From the IMG/VR virus record IMGVR_UViG_3300043399_001247, positions 1-50,703 of that record: 50,703 nucleotides of DNA; one strand, written 5' to 3'. This DNA is from a virus. Taxonomy: Duplodnaviria > Caudoviricetes. The notes below the pieces were generated by a model. It did not search any database. It was not told the origin of the DNA and worked only from the letters and a program-made list of their open reading frames with translations. This document shows, in pieces, positions 1 to 8,804 of this stretch (position 1 is the stretch's first letter; every line of letters begins with the position of its first letter). The position numbers were made by a program, and so were the translations under genes.

Positions 1-10
1 TGGAGGCCGC

Positions 11-265
11 ATGAAGTATCGCAAAAAGCCCGTGGTGATCGAGGCGCATCAAGTCACCGTGTTCAACTTGGAGTCTGTCGCCGAGTGGTGCGGCGGACAA
101 GTTGTGCGCGGCACTGCGGATGCCAAGCACCGCCTGATCGCCATCCGCACCCTGGAAGGCGTCATGGAAGCCGCTGTGGGCGACTACGTGATCCGGGGCA
201 TCAAGGGTGAGTTCTATCCTTGCAAGCCCGACATCTTTGAAGCAACTTACGAGGAGGCCGAGTGA
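11..265 (+). CDS. Conserved small phage protein (KYRKKPVVIEA...GEFYPCKPDIF family)
   Basis: GGAGG SD before the ATG; matches a widespread phage hypothetical family (RKKPVVIEA, TLEG, GDYVI, YPCKPDIFEATY). Confidence 0.8.
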   Translation: MKYRKKPVVIEAHQVTVFNLESVAEWCGGQVVRGTADAKHRLIAIRTLEGVMEAAVGDYVIRGIKGEFYPCKPDIFEATYEEAE

Positions 266-591
266 TGGCCATTGAAAGAGCGGACGCGCCCCCGAGCGCG
301 GCAGACATCCTGGACGCCATGGCGGCGACGTTCCGCGAGCGCAACCGGGTGTATGGCAGCAACTACAAGATGGTGGCGCCCCTGGTGCGCGTGCTGTTCC
401 CGCACGGGGTGCCTTCCGAGCTGGTGGCCAGCGACAAGTGGCACCTGTTCGAGCTCATCTTGGTGAAGCTCTCGCGGCTGGCGATCAGCAACTTGCAACA
501 CGTGGATTCCGTCCACGACATGGGCGTGTATTGCGCGATGGTCGAGCAGTGCATGCTGGAAGAACAACCCACAAACATGGAGGTCCAATGA
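265..591 (+). CDS. Nucleotide-modification-associated (Nmad1/DUF6378-like, MazG-like helical) protein
   Basis: Motifs ERNRVYG, KLSR, DSVHDMGVY resemble all-alpha NTP-pyrophosphohydrolase-like phage families; translationally coupled to both neighbours. Confidence 0.55.
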   Translation: MAIERADAPPSAADILDAMAATFRERNRVYGSNYKMVAPLVRVLFPHGVPSELVASDKWHLFELILVKLSRLAISNLQHVDSVHDMGVYCAMVEQCMLEEQPTNMEVQ

Positions 592-1268
592 GCGAGATTT
601 TGGTGACCGGCGCGGGTGCCGGGTTAGGCAAGGCGATCGCCGACAACTTGTCGGCGCACAATCACGCGGTCTACCGCTTCGACCGCAAGTTCGGCGCTGA
701 CGTGCGCAACCCCAACGGGACGTACGGCCTGCCGCCGGTCGGGCTGGACGTGCTGATCAACTGCGCGGGCATCAACAAGACCGCGTGGCTCGAGGACTTG
801 CCCGAGGACCAGTGGGACGAGGTGATGGACATCAACGCCAAGGGCATCTACAAGATGAGCCGCTGGGCGCTGCCCGAGCTCATCAAGACCCGGGGCACCA
901 TCATCAACGTGGTGAGCAACGCTTCGCACATACCGATGACGACGAGCCTCGCCTACAACGCCAGCAAGGGCGCGGCGCACATCATGACGCTCCAGATGGC
1001 CCGGGAGCTCAGCAAGAAGCATGGCATCACCGTCTTCGGCATCAGCCCCAACAAGCTCAAGGGCACCGAGATGTCGCAGGACATCGAGGACCAGGTCGTC
1101 GCGCTGCGCGGCTGGACGCCCGAATACGCGCAGCAATACCAGCTCAACGCGCTGCTCGCCGGGGAAGAGACCGACCCCGAACAGCTGGCACAATTCGTCG
1201 CGTACCTGCTCACCAGCAAGGCGCATCACAAGTACCTCACGGGGTGCGTAATTCCCTACGGAGCATGA
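588..1268 (+). CDS. SDR-family NAD(P)-dependent oxidoreductase
   Basis: TGAGAGLG Rossmann motif, LINCAG, NVVS, catalytic YNASK; ATG at 588 overlaps the upstream stop (ATGA). Confidence 0.9.
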   Translation: MSEILVTGAGAGLGKAIADNLSAHNHAVYRFDRKFGADVRNPNGTYGLPPVGLDVLINCAGINKTAWLEDLPEDQWDEVMDINAKGIYKMSRWALPELIKTRGTIINVVSNASHIPMTTSLAYNASKGAAHIMTLQMARELSKKHGITVFGISPNKLKGTEMSQDIEDQVVALRGWTPEYAQQYQLNALLAGEETDPEQLAQFVAYLLTSKAHHKYLTGCVIPYGA

Positions 1269-1609
1269 CAATGGACCAACAATTCCCCAAGCCGCGCACC
1301 CGCGTCGAAGTCACCGATCTCTATGAGAAGATCGTCCAAACCGACTACGCCCGCGTCGAAGGCACGACCATGACTCTGTGCGTGCTGCACCTGAAGAACG
1401 GACACACCGTGATCGGCAAGAGCGCTTGCGTCGACCCCAAGCAGTTCAATCAGGCGCTGGGCGAGAAGTACGCCTTCGAGGACGCGATCAATCAGCTGTG
1501 GCCCCTGGAAGGCTACCTGCTGCAAGAAGACCTTTACCGCAACGCCCAGAACAACGCGGCGGCCGCGCAGTTCAACCCAGAAGTTGAGCAGCCCAACGAC
1601 GTTGCGTGA
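1265..1609 (+). CDS. Phage gp49/66-family protein (candidate Acb4-like nucleotide sponge)
   Basis: TLCVLHLKNGHTVIGKSACVDPKQFNQALGEKYA...LWPLEGYLL is the N4 gp49/Sf6 gp66 signature; start at 1265 or 1271. Confidence 0.8.
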   Translation: MTMDQQFPKPRTRVEVTDLYEKIVQTDYARVEGTTMTLCVLHLKNGHTVIGKSACVDPKQFNQALGEKYAFEDAINQLWPLEGYLLQEDLYRNAQNNAAAAQFNPEVEQPNDVA

Positions 1610-1618
1610 GGACGAGCC

Positions 1619-1870
1619 GTGTCAATCGCAAACAACTACTTGTGGGACCCGCAGCGGGGGGACGCTTATGAGCGAGAGATGATGCGCAAGCAGGAAATGC
1701 TGCGACAACACGAGTGGCATCAGCGGATGCGCGGCATCAGCCCGATCGACAACGGCGGCACGGGCCGCTCGATCGCAGCGAACCCCGTCGAAGTCGTTGA
1801 CCCCAAAGACCCCCTGGCCTTTTTGAAGAAGGCCGACAAAACCGTTTTGCTCACAGGAGAAGCATTATGA
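1619..1870 (+). CDS. Hypothetical protein
   Basis: ORF in the operon, GAGG upstream, coupled to next gene. Confidence 0.55.
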   Translation: MSIANNYLWDPQRGDAYEREMMRKQEMLRQHEWHQRMRGISPIDNGGTGRSIAANPVEVVDPKDPLAFLKKADKTVLLTGEAL

Positions 1871-2151
1871 AACTGAAGCCCTTTGCCGACCTGATCGCCT
1901 TGTCCAAGGAGAAGCTGGCCGAATCCCTCGCCCCCATCCGCGCGCGCAAGGTGCGGTCGCAGGCTGAGCTCGAGATGGCCAAGCTCGACGACGAGCTGAT
2001 CCGGCTCGAAGCCGACATCCAAGAGCAATGCGCCAAGGAGGACATCAACTTCCCTTCCTTGCTCGACAAGCTCGACAAGGTCGCGCTCCTCGAGCGCCGC
2101 AAGACCCAGTACGAAGAAGTGCTCAAGCAGCTCTTCCCCGCCAAGGCCTGA
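1867..2151 (+). CDS. Hypothetical coiled-coil protein
   Basis: AGGAG SD, ATGA overlap, phage-like codon use. Confidence 0.7.
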   Translation: MKLKPFADLIALSKEKLAESLAPIRARKVRSQAELEMAKLDDELIRLEADIQEQCAKEDINFPSLLDKLDKVALLERRKTQYEEVLKQLFPAKA

Positions 2152-2155
2152 TTTC

Positions 2156-2222
2156 GGGGCCGAAAGCGGATGCTGCGTAGTGCCGTCACGGACTCCGGAG
2201 CGCAGTGCAGCGAGTAGGCCCC
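2156..2222 (+). ncRNA. Candidate structured intergenic RNA element
   Basis: Outer stem GGGGCC/GGCCCC, internal loop GAAA.../AGUA, inner stem GCUGC/GCAGC; lies just before the VOC gene SD. Confidence 0.4.
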
Positions 2223-2248
2223 ACCACTTCAACAACAAGGAACCAAAA

Positions 2249-2734
2249 ATGAAATTCTTCATCGAACAAGTCGCCCTTTGCCCCACCAACCCGGAGAAGG
2301 CGGTCGCGCTGCTCAAGGAGCTCGGCCTCACTGAGTGGGTGCAGGACCGCGTCGTGGCTGAAGGCCGCGTGCACGGCGTGCCGGGCCGCAACGAAGCCGA
2401 CCTGGCTTTCAACTATGACGCCACCCGCCCCGAGGGCAAGCCGCTGGAGCTCGAAGTGCTGCACTATGCTCGCGGCACCAACTGGATGGAGCAGCACCCC
2501 AACACGGTCAGCCACCTGGGCATGCATTGCACCGCTGAAGAGCTGGGCGAGTTCCGCCGCAAGTTCGCTGACATGGGGTACAAGGTCGCGCAGGAGGTGT
2601 TCACTGAGAGCCACACCAACCCGTTCCTGCTCGAGACGGGCCGCAAGTACCAATACGTGATCTTCGACACGCGCGCCGTGCTGGGGGTGGACATCAAGCT
2701 GATCGTTCGCAGGGAAAAGCAAAACCAGGAGTAA
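2249..2734 (+). CDS. VOC/glyoxalase-superfamily protein
   Basis: IEQVAL, ELEVL, SHLGMH, YVIFDT...GVDIKLI fit a methylmalonyl-CoA-epimerase-like VOC pattern; AAGGA SD before ATG 2249. Confidence 0.7.
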   Translation: MKFFIEQVALCPTNPEKAVALLKELGLTEWVQDRVVAEGRVHGVPGRNEADLAFNYDATRPEGKPLELEVLHYARGTNWMEQHPNTVSHLGMHCTAEELGEFRRKFADMGYKVAQEVFTESHTNPFLLETGRKYQYVIFDTRAVLGVDIKLIVRREKQNQE

Positions 2735-2736
2735 CC

Positions 2737-3270
2737 GTGGGTTGCGTGTACAAAGTTGTTTTGAGCAGCGGGAAAGCGTACATCGGTTTGACAACCAAGA
2801 CGATGTGCGCCAGACTCTCTTCTCACAAAAAAGACGCCGGTCGCGGAAGCAAACTCTTGTTCCACAAGGCATTGAGGGTTTATCAAGTTCTCTGCGCACA
2901 AGAACTTTTTGTTTCTGACGACGAAGACATTTTGTCTTCTTTCGAACAAGCCGCAATCGCACAACACTGCACACGCGTTCCGCAAGGCTACAACTTGACG
3001 AGCGGCGGCGAAAAGAGTTTCGCGCACCACGAAGAGACGCGAGCCGCCATATCCGCGATGATGATTGGCACTCAACGCCGCCTCGGCTCTAAACACAGCG
3101 ACGAGTCCAAGGCTCTGATGCGCCAGAAAAAGCTCGGCAGAAAGTTGAGCGAAGAAACACGCAGGCGCATGTCGGAGTCGAGGAAGGCATTCTATGCGAT
3201 CGCAGAAAACCGCGCAGCGCTTGTTGAAGCGCGTCGCGCTCAAGCGGCAAAAAGGAGAATTTCAGAATGA
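2737..3270 (+). CDS. GIY-YIG homing endonuclease with NUMOD3-like repeats
   Basis: CVYK...YIGLT, GYNLTSGG, HSDESKALM, LSEETRRRMS; visibly more AT-rich than flanks. Confidence 0.85.
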   Translation: MGCVYKVVLSSGKAYIGLTTKTMCARLSSHKKDAGRGSKLLFHKALRVYQVLCAQELFVSDDEDILSSFEQAAIAQHCTRVPQGYNLTSGGEKSFAHHEETRAAISAMMIGTQRRLGSKHSDESKALMRQKKLGRKLSEETRRRMSESRKAFYAIAENRAALVEARRAQAAKRRISE

Positions 3271-3875
3271 GCGAATTCGTTTGTGTATTTGACGTGGAAA
3301 CCACAGGCCTGCCGCTGCACCCTTCGGCCCCGCTGGAAAAGCAGCCGAAGATCATTGAGCTCGGCGCCGCGCTCCTGGACCGGGAAGGCAAGGTCGTCGA
3401 GACGTTCAGCCAGCTCGTCCACCCGCGCGAGTCGGTGACAGAGGAGATCACCAAGATCACCGGCATCACCAATGAGATGCTGGTGGACGCGCCCAACTTC
3501 GAGGAGTGCCTGCCGCAGCTGCGGCACGTGTTCGGGCAAGCCTTCGCCGTGTTTGCGCACAACTTGCCGTTCGACCGGCTCATGCTGCGCAACGACCTGA
3601 AGCGCTTGGATTGCCTGGACTTCCCGTGGCCGCGCGGCGAATACTGCACCGTCGGGCTGCATCGGGGCGAGTGGGGCCGCAACCCCAAGCTCATCGAGCT
3701 CTACGAAGCCACCATGGGCCGTCCCCTGCCCCAGACCCACCGGGCGCTGGACGACGTGATGGCGCTGGTCGAGGTGGTGCTGGCGCGCGGCCTCCACACC
3801 ATGGCGTTCGACGAGCGCGACGCCGCAGCACAACCTCAAGAACCCACGCCTGCAGCTGAGGAGCCCGCAACGTGA
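3267..3875 (+). CDS. DEDDh 3'-5' exonuclease (DnaQ/epsilon-like)
   Basis: FDVETTG, AHNLPFD and HRALDD Exo I-III motifs. Confidence 0.92.
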   Translation: MSEFVCVFDVETTGLPLHPSAPLEKQPKIIELGAALLDREGKVVETFSQLVHPRESVTEEITKITGITNEMLVDAPNFEECLPQLRHVFGQAFAVFAHNLPFDRLMLRNDLKRLDCLDFPWPRGEYCTVGLHRGEWGRNPKLIELYEATMGRPLPQTHRALDDVMALVEVVLARGLHTMAFDERDAAAQPQEPTPAAEEPAT

Positions 3876-4075
3876 ACCCGACCAACAGACTGCGATTTGT
3901 GCGGCGCAAAGAGGTTGTCGGGCAAGAAGGCGACACAACTATCACGCGTCGGGTGCGCATCCTGCAACAGTGGTGGGCGCCACAAAGAAGTTTTTCCGAC
4001 GGCTATGGCTATCAGACTGTCGAATTGCACGGCGGCGAATGGCGCGACATCCCGCTAGAGGTGGAGCAAGAATGA
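3872..4075 (+). CDS. Hypothetical protein
   Basis: Coupled to both neighbours by GTGA/ATGA overlaps. Confidence 0.6.
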   Translation: MNPTNRLRFVRRKEVVGQEGDTTITRRVRILQQWWAPQRSFSDGYGYQTVELHGGEWRDIPLEVEQE

Positions 4076-6891
4076 CCCTCCCGCAGCTGCGTTGCCGCAC
4101 CGAGTTTTCATTCCGGCAGGCCTTCGGGCCGGTGTCCCGGGTGGCGGCGGCCGCTGCCGCGCTGGGCGCTCCGGCGGCGGGGATCGTGGACGGTTCGACC
4201 TGGGGTCACGTCCGGTGGGCCAAGGCGGCCGCAAAAGAAGGCTTCAAGCCACTTTTCGGCACCGAGCTCACCGCTCCCTTCCCCGACGGCCGCAAGCCCC
4301 AGGCGTGGGCGTTGGCTGAAGATACGCGTTCTTTCTACCGCTGGTCCACGGCGCTACGCCAGAAAGAGGCCGATCCGCTGGCGCTCCTGGCGGACGCGAA
4401 GGGCGTTGTGCGTTTTTCTGGCCCGGGGCTGACGGACCCGGCGCTGTTCGATTACGTGGACCTCAACCCCAACTCCCCGGTGGAGCAGCGCGCGGCGGTC
4501 GCCCTGGCCCGCCGGACGGGCAAGCCGCTGGTCGTCACCAGCGCCAACAGCTACCCCCGCCGCGAGGACTACGACGCCTTCATGGCGATTGGCGGGCGCG
4601 AATCGACCACGCCGCAGCACCTGCTCAGCGCGGCCGAGCTGCGGCAACACATCCGGGTGCTGGACGACGCCGCGTGGGAGCAGGCCGTGCGCAACACTCA
4701 CGAGGTGGCCGAGCGGTGCGCGGGCGCGCTGCCGACCGCCCCGATCATTCAGGTCGCGGGCGACCTCCGCGCGCTGGCGGAAGCGGGGCGGCAGCGACGC
4801 TTGGCGCTCGGACACTTGCCCTCCTGGCCCGAGGAATACGCCGCGCGGCTGGAGCGGGAGCTGGTGGCGATCGAGCAGAAGGCGTTCGAGAGCTACTTCA
4901 TTGTCGTGGCCGACCTGATCGAGTGGGCCAAGCACCGCATGCTCGTCGGCCCCGGGCGCGGCTCGTCGGCGGGGTCGCTGCTGTGTTACTTGCTGGGCAT
5001 CACCGAGGTCGACCCAATCCCGCACGGGCTGCTGTTCGAACGGTTCATTGACCTGACCCGCAAGGACTTGCCCGACATCGACATCGACTTCAGCGACGTG
5101 AAGCGCGAGCAGTGCTTCGAATACTTGGCCGACAAGTATGGCCGCAACTGCGTGGCACGGATCGGCAACGTGAACACCTTGAAGCCGCGCTCCGTGATGG
5201 CCGAGGTGTGCAAGCGCTTCGGCATCCCCGACAAGGAGCGGTTCGACCTGCTCAACGTGCTGATTGAATACAGCTCGGGCGACAGCCGGTATGGCAAGGG
5301 GCTCGAAGACACCCTCAACAACACCGAGACGGGCAAGAAGTTCATGGCGCGGCACCCCAAGGCCGTGGTCATGAGCGAGGTGGAAAACCACGCCTGGCAC
5401 ACCGGGGTGCACGCCGCCGGGGTGATCGTGTGCAACGTGCCGGTGGACGAGTTCTGCACCATCGGCCCGGACGGCGTGGCGCACATCGACAAGCCCGACA
5501 GCGAATATCTCAACCTCCTGAAGATCGACGCGCTGGGGCTGCGCACCCTGGGCGTGATCGAGGACAGCGGCTGCGTGACCGCCGAGCAGCTCTACGGGCT
5601 CAAGTTGGACGACCCGGCGGTGTTGGACATATTCAACCAGCGCAAGTACACCGGCATCTTCCAGTTCGAGGGGCAATCCCAGCGCACCATCTCCGCGCAG
5701 GTGCACGTGGACAACTTCCGCACGGTGGACCACCTCACGGCGCTGGCGCGCCCCGGGCCGCTCGGCGGCGGCGCCACGGGCAAGTACATTGCGCGCAAGG
5801 CGGGAGCCGAACCCGTGAGCTACACGCACCCCGCCCTCCAGGAGCTCCTGCAGGACACCTACGGGGTGGTGCTCTACCAGGAACAGGTGATGCGCATCGT
5901 GCGCGACCTGGGCAAGTTCTCCTGGGACGAGACGACCGTGATCCGCAAGGCGATGTCTGGCCGCAAGGGCAAGGAGTTCTTCGACCAGCAAGGCGCAAAG
6001 TTCATCGCTGGCGCGGCGCAGGACGGCATCGACGAGGGCACGGCGCACGAGATCTGGAACGAGATCTGCAACTTCGGCGCGTGGGGCATGAACAAGAGCC
6101 ACACCTGCGCGTACGCGGTGATCAGCTACTGGTGCGCGTGGATGAAGGCGTACTACCCGTTGGAATACGCGGCGGCGTGCTTGCGCTCGGCCAAGGACGA
6201 CGACCAGACCATGGAGATCTTGCGCGAGATGGCCGCCGAGGGGGTGGATTACGTCGCGTTCGACCCCGAGCTCTCGGACGTGAACTGGGCCGTGCGCGAA
6301 GGGCGGCTGGTGGGCGGGTTCCTGAACTTGGTGGGCTTCGGCCCCTCGAAGGCGGTCGCCGCCGTCGAAGCGCGCCGCCTGGGCAAGATGGACGACAAGC
6401 TCCGCAAGCGTATCGCCGAGGCGCACGTGAAGTTCGACGACCTCTACCCAATCAGCCGCAAGTACGCCGCGTGGTACGCAGACCCTGCGGCGCACGGTTG
6501 CCGTGTTGGCTCCGTCATCTACAAGGCAGACGCTATGCCCGACCGGGGTGACATCCTGTTCATCGGCAAGGTCGTCAAGAAGGAGCTCCGCGACGAAAAT
6601 GAGACCGTGCGCGTGGCGCGGCGGGACGGACGCCGCCTGACGGGGCCGACGATCTTCGCGGACTTTTTCTGCAAGGACGACACCGGCATCCCGATCATCT
6701 GCCGCGTGGACCGCAAGGACTTCGAACCCCTGGGGCGCATTGCAATGGAGCGGCTCGTCGCCGAGCAGGACGTGATCCTGGTGCGGGGTCGCAAGATACC
6801 GAATTTCGGGATGATCAAGGTCGAGCGCATGAAGGTGCTCAACAGAGAGGAGAGCTTGCGTGAGGAAGCCGGAACAACGCTTGTGGGATAG
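4072..6891 (+). CDS. dnaE: DNA polymerase III alpha subunit (family C)
   Basis: GPGRGSSAGS, LLFERF, PDIDIDF, HAAG, KIDALGL, GIFQFE, YQEQVM, NKSH; likely start MTLPQL at 4072. Confidence 0.95.
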   Translation: MTLPQLRCRTEFSFRQAFGPVSRVAAAAAALGAPAAGIVDGSTWGHVRWAKAAAKEGFKPLFGTELTAPFPDGRKPQAWALAEDTRSFYRWSTALRQKEADPLALLADAKGVVRFSGPGLTDPALFDYVDLNPNSPVEQRAAVALARRTGKPLVVTSANSYPRREDYDAFMAIGGRESTTPQHLLSAAELRQHIRVLDDAAWEQAVRNTHEVAERCAGALPTAPIIQVAGDLRALAEAGRQRRLALGHLPSWPEEYAARLERELVAIEQKAFESYFIVVADLIEWAKHRMLVGPGRGSSAGSLLCYLLGITEVDPIPHGLLFERFIDLTRKDLPDIDIDFSDVKREQCFEYLADKYGRNCVARIGNVNTLKPRSVMAEVCKRFGIPDKERFDLLNVLIEYSSGDSRYGKGLEDTLNNTETGKKFMARHPKAVVMSEVENHAWHTGVHAAGVIVCNVPVDEFCTIGPDGVAHIDKPDSEYLNLLKIDALGLRTLGVIEDSGCVTAEQLYGLKLDDPAVLDIFNQRKYTGIFQFEGQSQRTISAQVHVDNFRTVDHLTALARPGPLGGGATGKYIARKAGAEPVSYTHPALQELLQDTYGVVLYQEQVMRIVRDLGKFSWDETTVIRKAMSGRKGKEFFDQQGAKFIAGAAQDGIDEGTAHEIWNEICNFGAWGMNKSHTCAYAVISYWCAWMKAYYPLEYAAACLRSAKDDDQTMEILREMAAEGVDYVAFDPELSDVNWAVREGRLVGGFLNLVGFGPSKAVAAVEARRLGKMDDKLRKRIAEAHVKFDDLYPISRKYAAWYADPAAHGCRVGSVIYKADAMPDRGDILFIGKVVKKELRDENETVRVARRDGRRLTGPTIFADFFCKDDTGIPIICRVDRKDFEPLGRIAMERLVAEQDVILVRGRKIPNFGMIKVERMKVLNREESLREEAGTTLVG

Positions 6892-7285
6892 GCTGCGCGC
6901 GGCGTGCGCGGGGCAGGTGCGCACCGAGCGCATCGAAAATGTGGTCGGAGTCGGCCGCCCGGACGTGGACACCTTGGTCGCCGGGAGCTTTGTTCCCGTC
7001 GAGCTCAAGCAAGTGGACGGATGGCCCGCGCGCTCCAGCACCCGGGTGTTGGGCGACGAAGGGTTGAGCCAAGTGCAAAAGAACTGGCACCTGGACTGGC
7101 GCAACTGGGGCGGCACTTCGCTCATCGTGGTCGGGGTCGGGCAGGAGGTGTTCGCCTTCAGCGGCGAGCGCGCCGACGAGGTGAACGGATACAACACGGT
7201 GCAGTTTCAGAACGCCGCAATCTGCTCCGGCGTGCAAGCCGTGGTCGGGCTGCTCGTGAGCATGGGCAACAAGGGGAAGGCGTGA
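6860..7285 (+). CDS. PD-(D/E)XK nuclease (VRR-NUC/Holliday-junction-resolvase-like)
   Basis: E..LW, RIEN, GRPD, VELK, Q..WH motifs; lies next to the SNF2 helicase. Confidence 0.8.
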   Translation: MRKPEQRLWDRLRAACAGQVRTERIENVVGVGRPDVDTLVAGSFVPVELKQVDGWPARSSTRVLGDEGLSQVQKNWHLDWRNWGGTSLIVVGVGQEVFAFSGERADEVNGYNTVQFQNAAICSGVQAVVGLLVSMGNKGKA

Positions 7286-8751
7286 AAACCTCAGGCATGA
7301 AGCACCAGCTGGAAGCCGTGCAACGCATGGTCGGGCGGCGCACGTACGCGCTGTTCATGGAGCAGGGCACGGGCAAGACCTGGACCTTGCTCGCCGACTT
7401 GGAGCGCTTGTACGCCAAGGGCACCATCGACGCTGCGCTGGTCGTCGCCCCCAACGGGGTGCACCTCAACTGGGTCAACCGCGAGATCCCCACGCACATG
7501 GAAGGCGAAATTGTCGCCCGCGCATGGCGCTCCGGGGCCGGGGTGCGTTACCGCAAGCACCTGGAACAGATCATGCAGCCGCGCGCCGAGGGGTTCCCGG
7601 TGCCGCTGCGGATCCTGGCCGTGAACATTGACGCGCTGGTGACCAAGGCGGGGTACGAGTTTTGCGAGCGGTTCCTGAACGCGACCAAGGCGCTCATCAT
7701 CGTGGACGAGAGCGGCCGCATCAAGAACCCCGACGCCGGGCGCACCAAGGCGCTGATGAAGTTGCGCAAGAAGGCGCTGGGCGCACGGATCGCGACCGGC
7801 ACCCCGATCACCAAGGCTCCGACCGACGTGTTCGCGCAGCTGGAGTTCCTGGAAAGTGGCTTGTTGGGCACGACCAGCTACCGCGCGTTCGTGGCCGAAT
7901 ATTCCGACGTGTTGCCCGCCAGCCACCCGCTGATGCAAAACATGATCCGCCGCAACCCGCGCGCGGCGTTCGCCCAGATTGTCGCCAAGAACCCCGACGG
8001 CTCGCCGCGCTACCGCAACCTCGACAAGCTGCAAAAGCTCCTCGAGCCGCACTCGTTCCGGGTGCTGAAGAAGGACTGCCTGGACCTGCCCGAGAAGATC
8101 TACAAGGTGTTGCCCTTCGAGCTCGAGCCCGCTCAGCAGCGCGCGTACGAGAAGATGGAGGAGGAGCAGCGCATCGAGCTCGACGACCGCACCGAGCTGC
8201 CGGTGAGCGAGCTGGCCGCGCTGGTGAAGTTGCAACAGATCACGAGCGGCTTCGTCAACCTGCCCGGCGGCGCGGGCGTCCGATACGTGAGCGAGGACAA
8301 CCCCCGGCTCAAGGCGCTCATGGACGCGGTGCAGGACGTGGACGGCAAGTTCGTCGTCTGGGCCCGGTTCACCGAAGAGATCGCGGCGATCCAGGAGGCG
8401 ATGCAAAAGGCGGAGATACGCGCCGTGAGCTACTACGGGGCCACGAGCCGCGACGACCGGGAGGCCGCCGTGGACGGGTTCCAGAACGACCCCGAGATCC
8501 GCTGCTTCATCGGCAACGCACAGGCCGCAGGCATCGGGCTGACCCTGACGGCGGGCGAGACCGTGTTCTACTACAGCAACTCCTTCGACCTGGACCACCG
8601 CCTGCAGTCCGAAGACCGCTGCCACCGCATCGGCACGCGCAACAACGTGGTGTACATCGACTTGGTCGCCGAAGGCACCGTGGACGAGAAGATCGCCCGC
8701 AATCTGCGGCGCAAGAAGAACGTGGCCGCACTGGTGCTGGGCGACGCCTAG
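7282..8751 (+). CDS. SNF2-like superfamily 2 helicase
   Basis: MEQGTGKT, VDES, TGTP, GIGLTL, QSEDRCHRIG motifs. Confidence 0.92.
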   Translation: MKTSGMKHQLEAVQRMVGRRTYALFMEQGTGKTWTLLADLERLYAKGTIDAALVVAPNGVHLNWVNREIPTHMEGEIVARAWRSGAGVRYRKHLEQIMQPRAEGFPVPLRILAVNIDALVTKAGYEFCERFLNATKALIIVDESGRIKNPDAGRTKALMKLRKKALGARIATGTPITKAPTDVFAQLEFLESGLLGTTSYRAFVAEYSDVLPASHPLMQNMIRRNPRAAFAQIVAKNPDGSPRYRNLDKLQKLLEPHSFRVLKKDCLDLPEKIYKVLPFELEPAQQRAYEKMEEEQRIELDDRTELPVSELAALVKLQQITSGFVNLPGGAGVRYVSEDNPRLKALMDAVQDVDGKFVVWARFTEEIAAIQEAMQKAEIRAVSYYGATSRDDREAAVDGFQNDPEIRCFIGNAQAAGIGLTLTAGETVFYYSNSFDLDHRLQSEDRCHRIGTRNNVVYIDLVAEGTVDEKIARNLRRKKNVAALVLGDA

Positions 8752-8804
8752 CGCGGCGACGAGGGATAATAGGCTGCAGAACGCTCAGAAAGGAAACAGG
8801 AGAG

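Noticed and set aside
2156-2222. tRNA or hammerhead ribozyme
   Set aside because: No T-loop/cloverleaf and no CUGAUGA core
4354-7197. Long antisense ORFs (also 12675-14504, 38300-40810, 43674-46283 and others)
   Set aside because: Shadow frames of high-GC3 genes; no motifs or start signals
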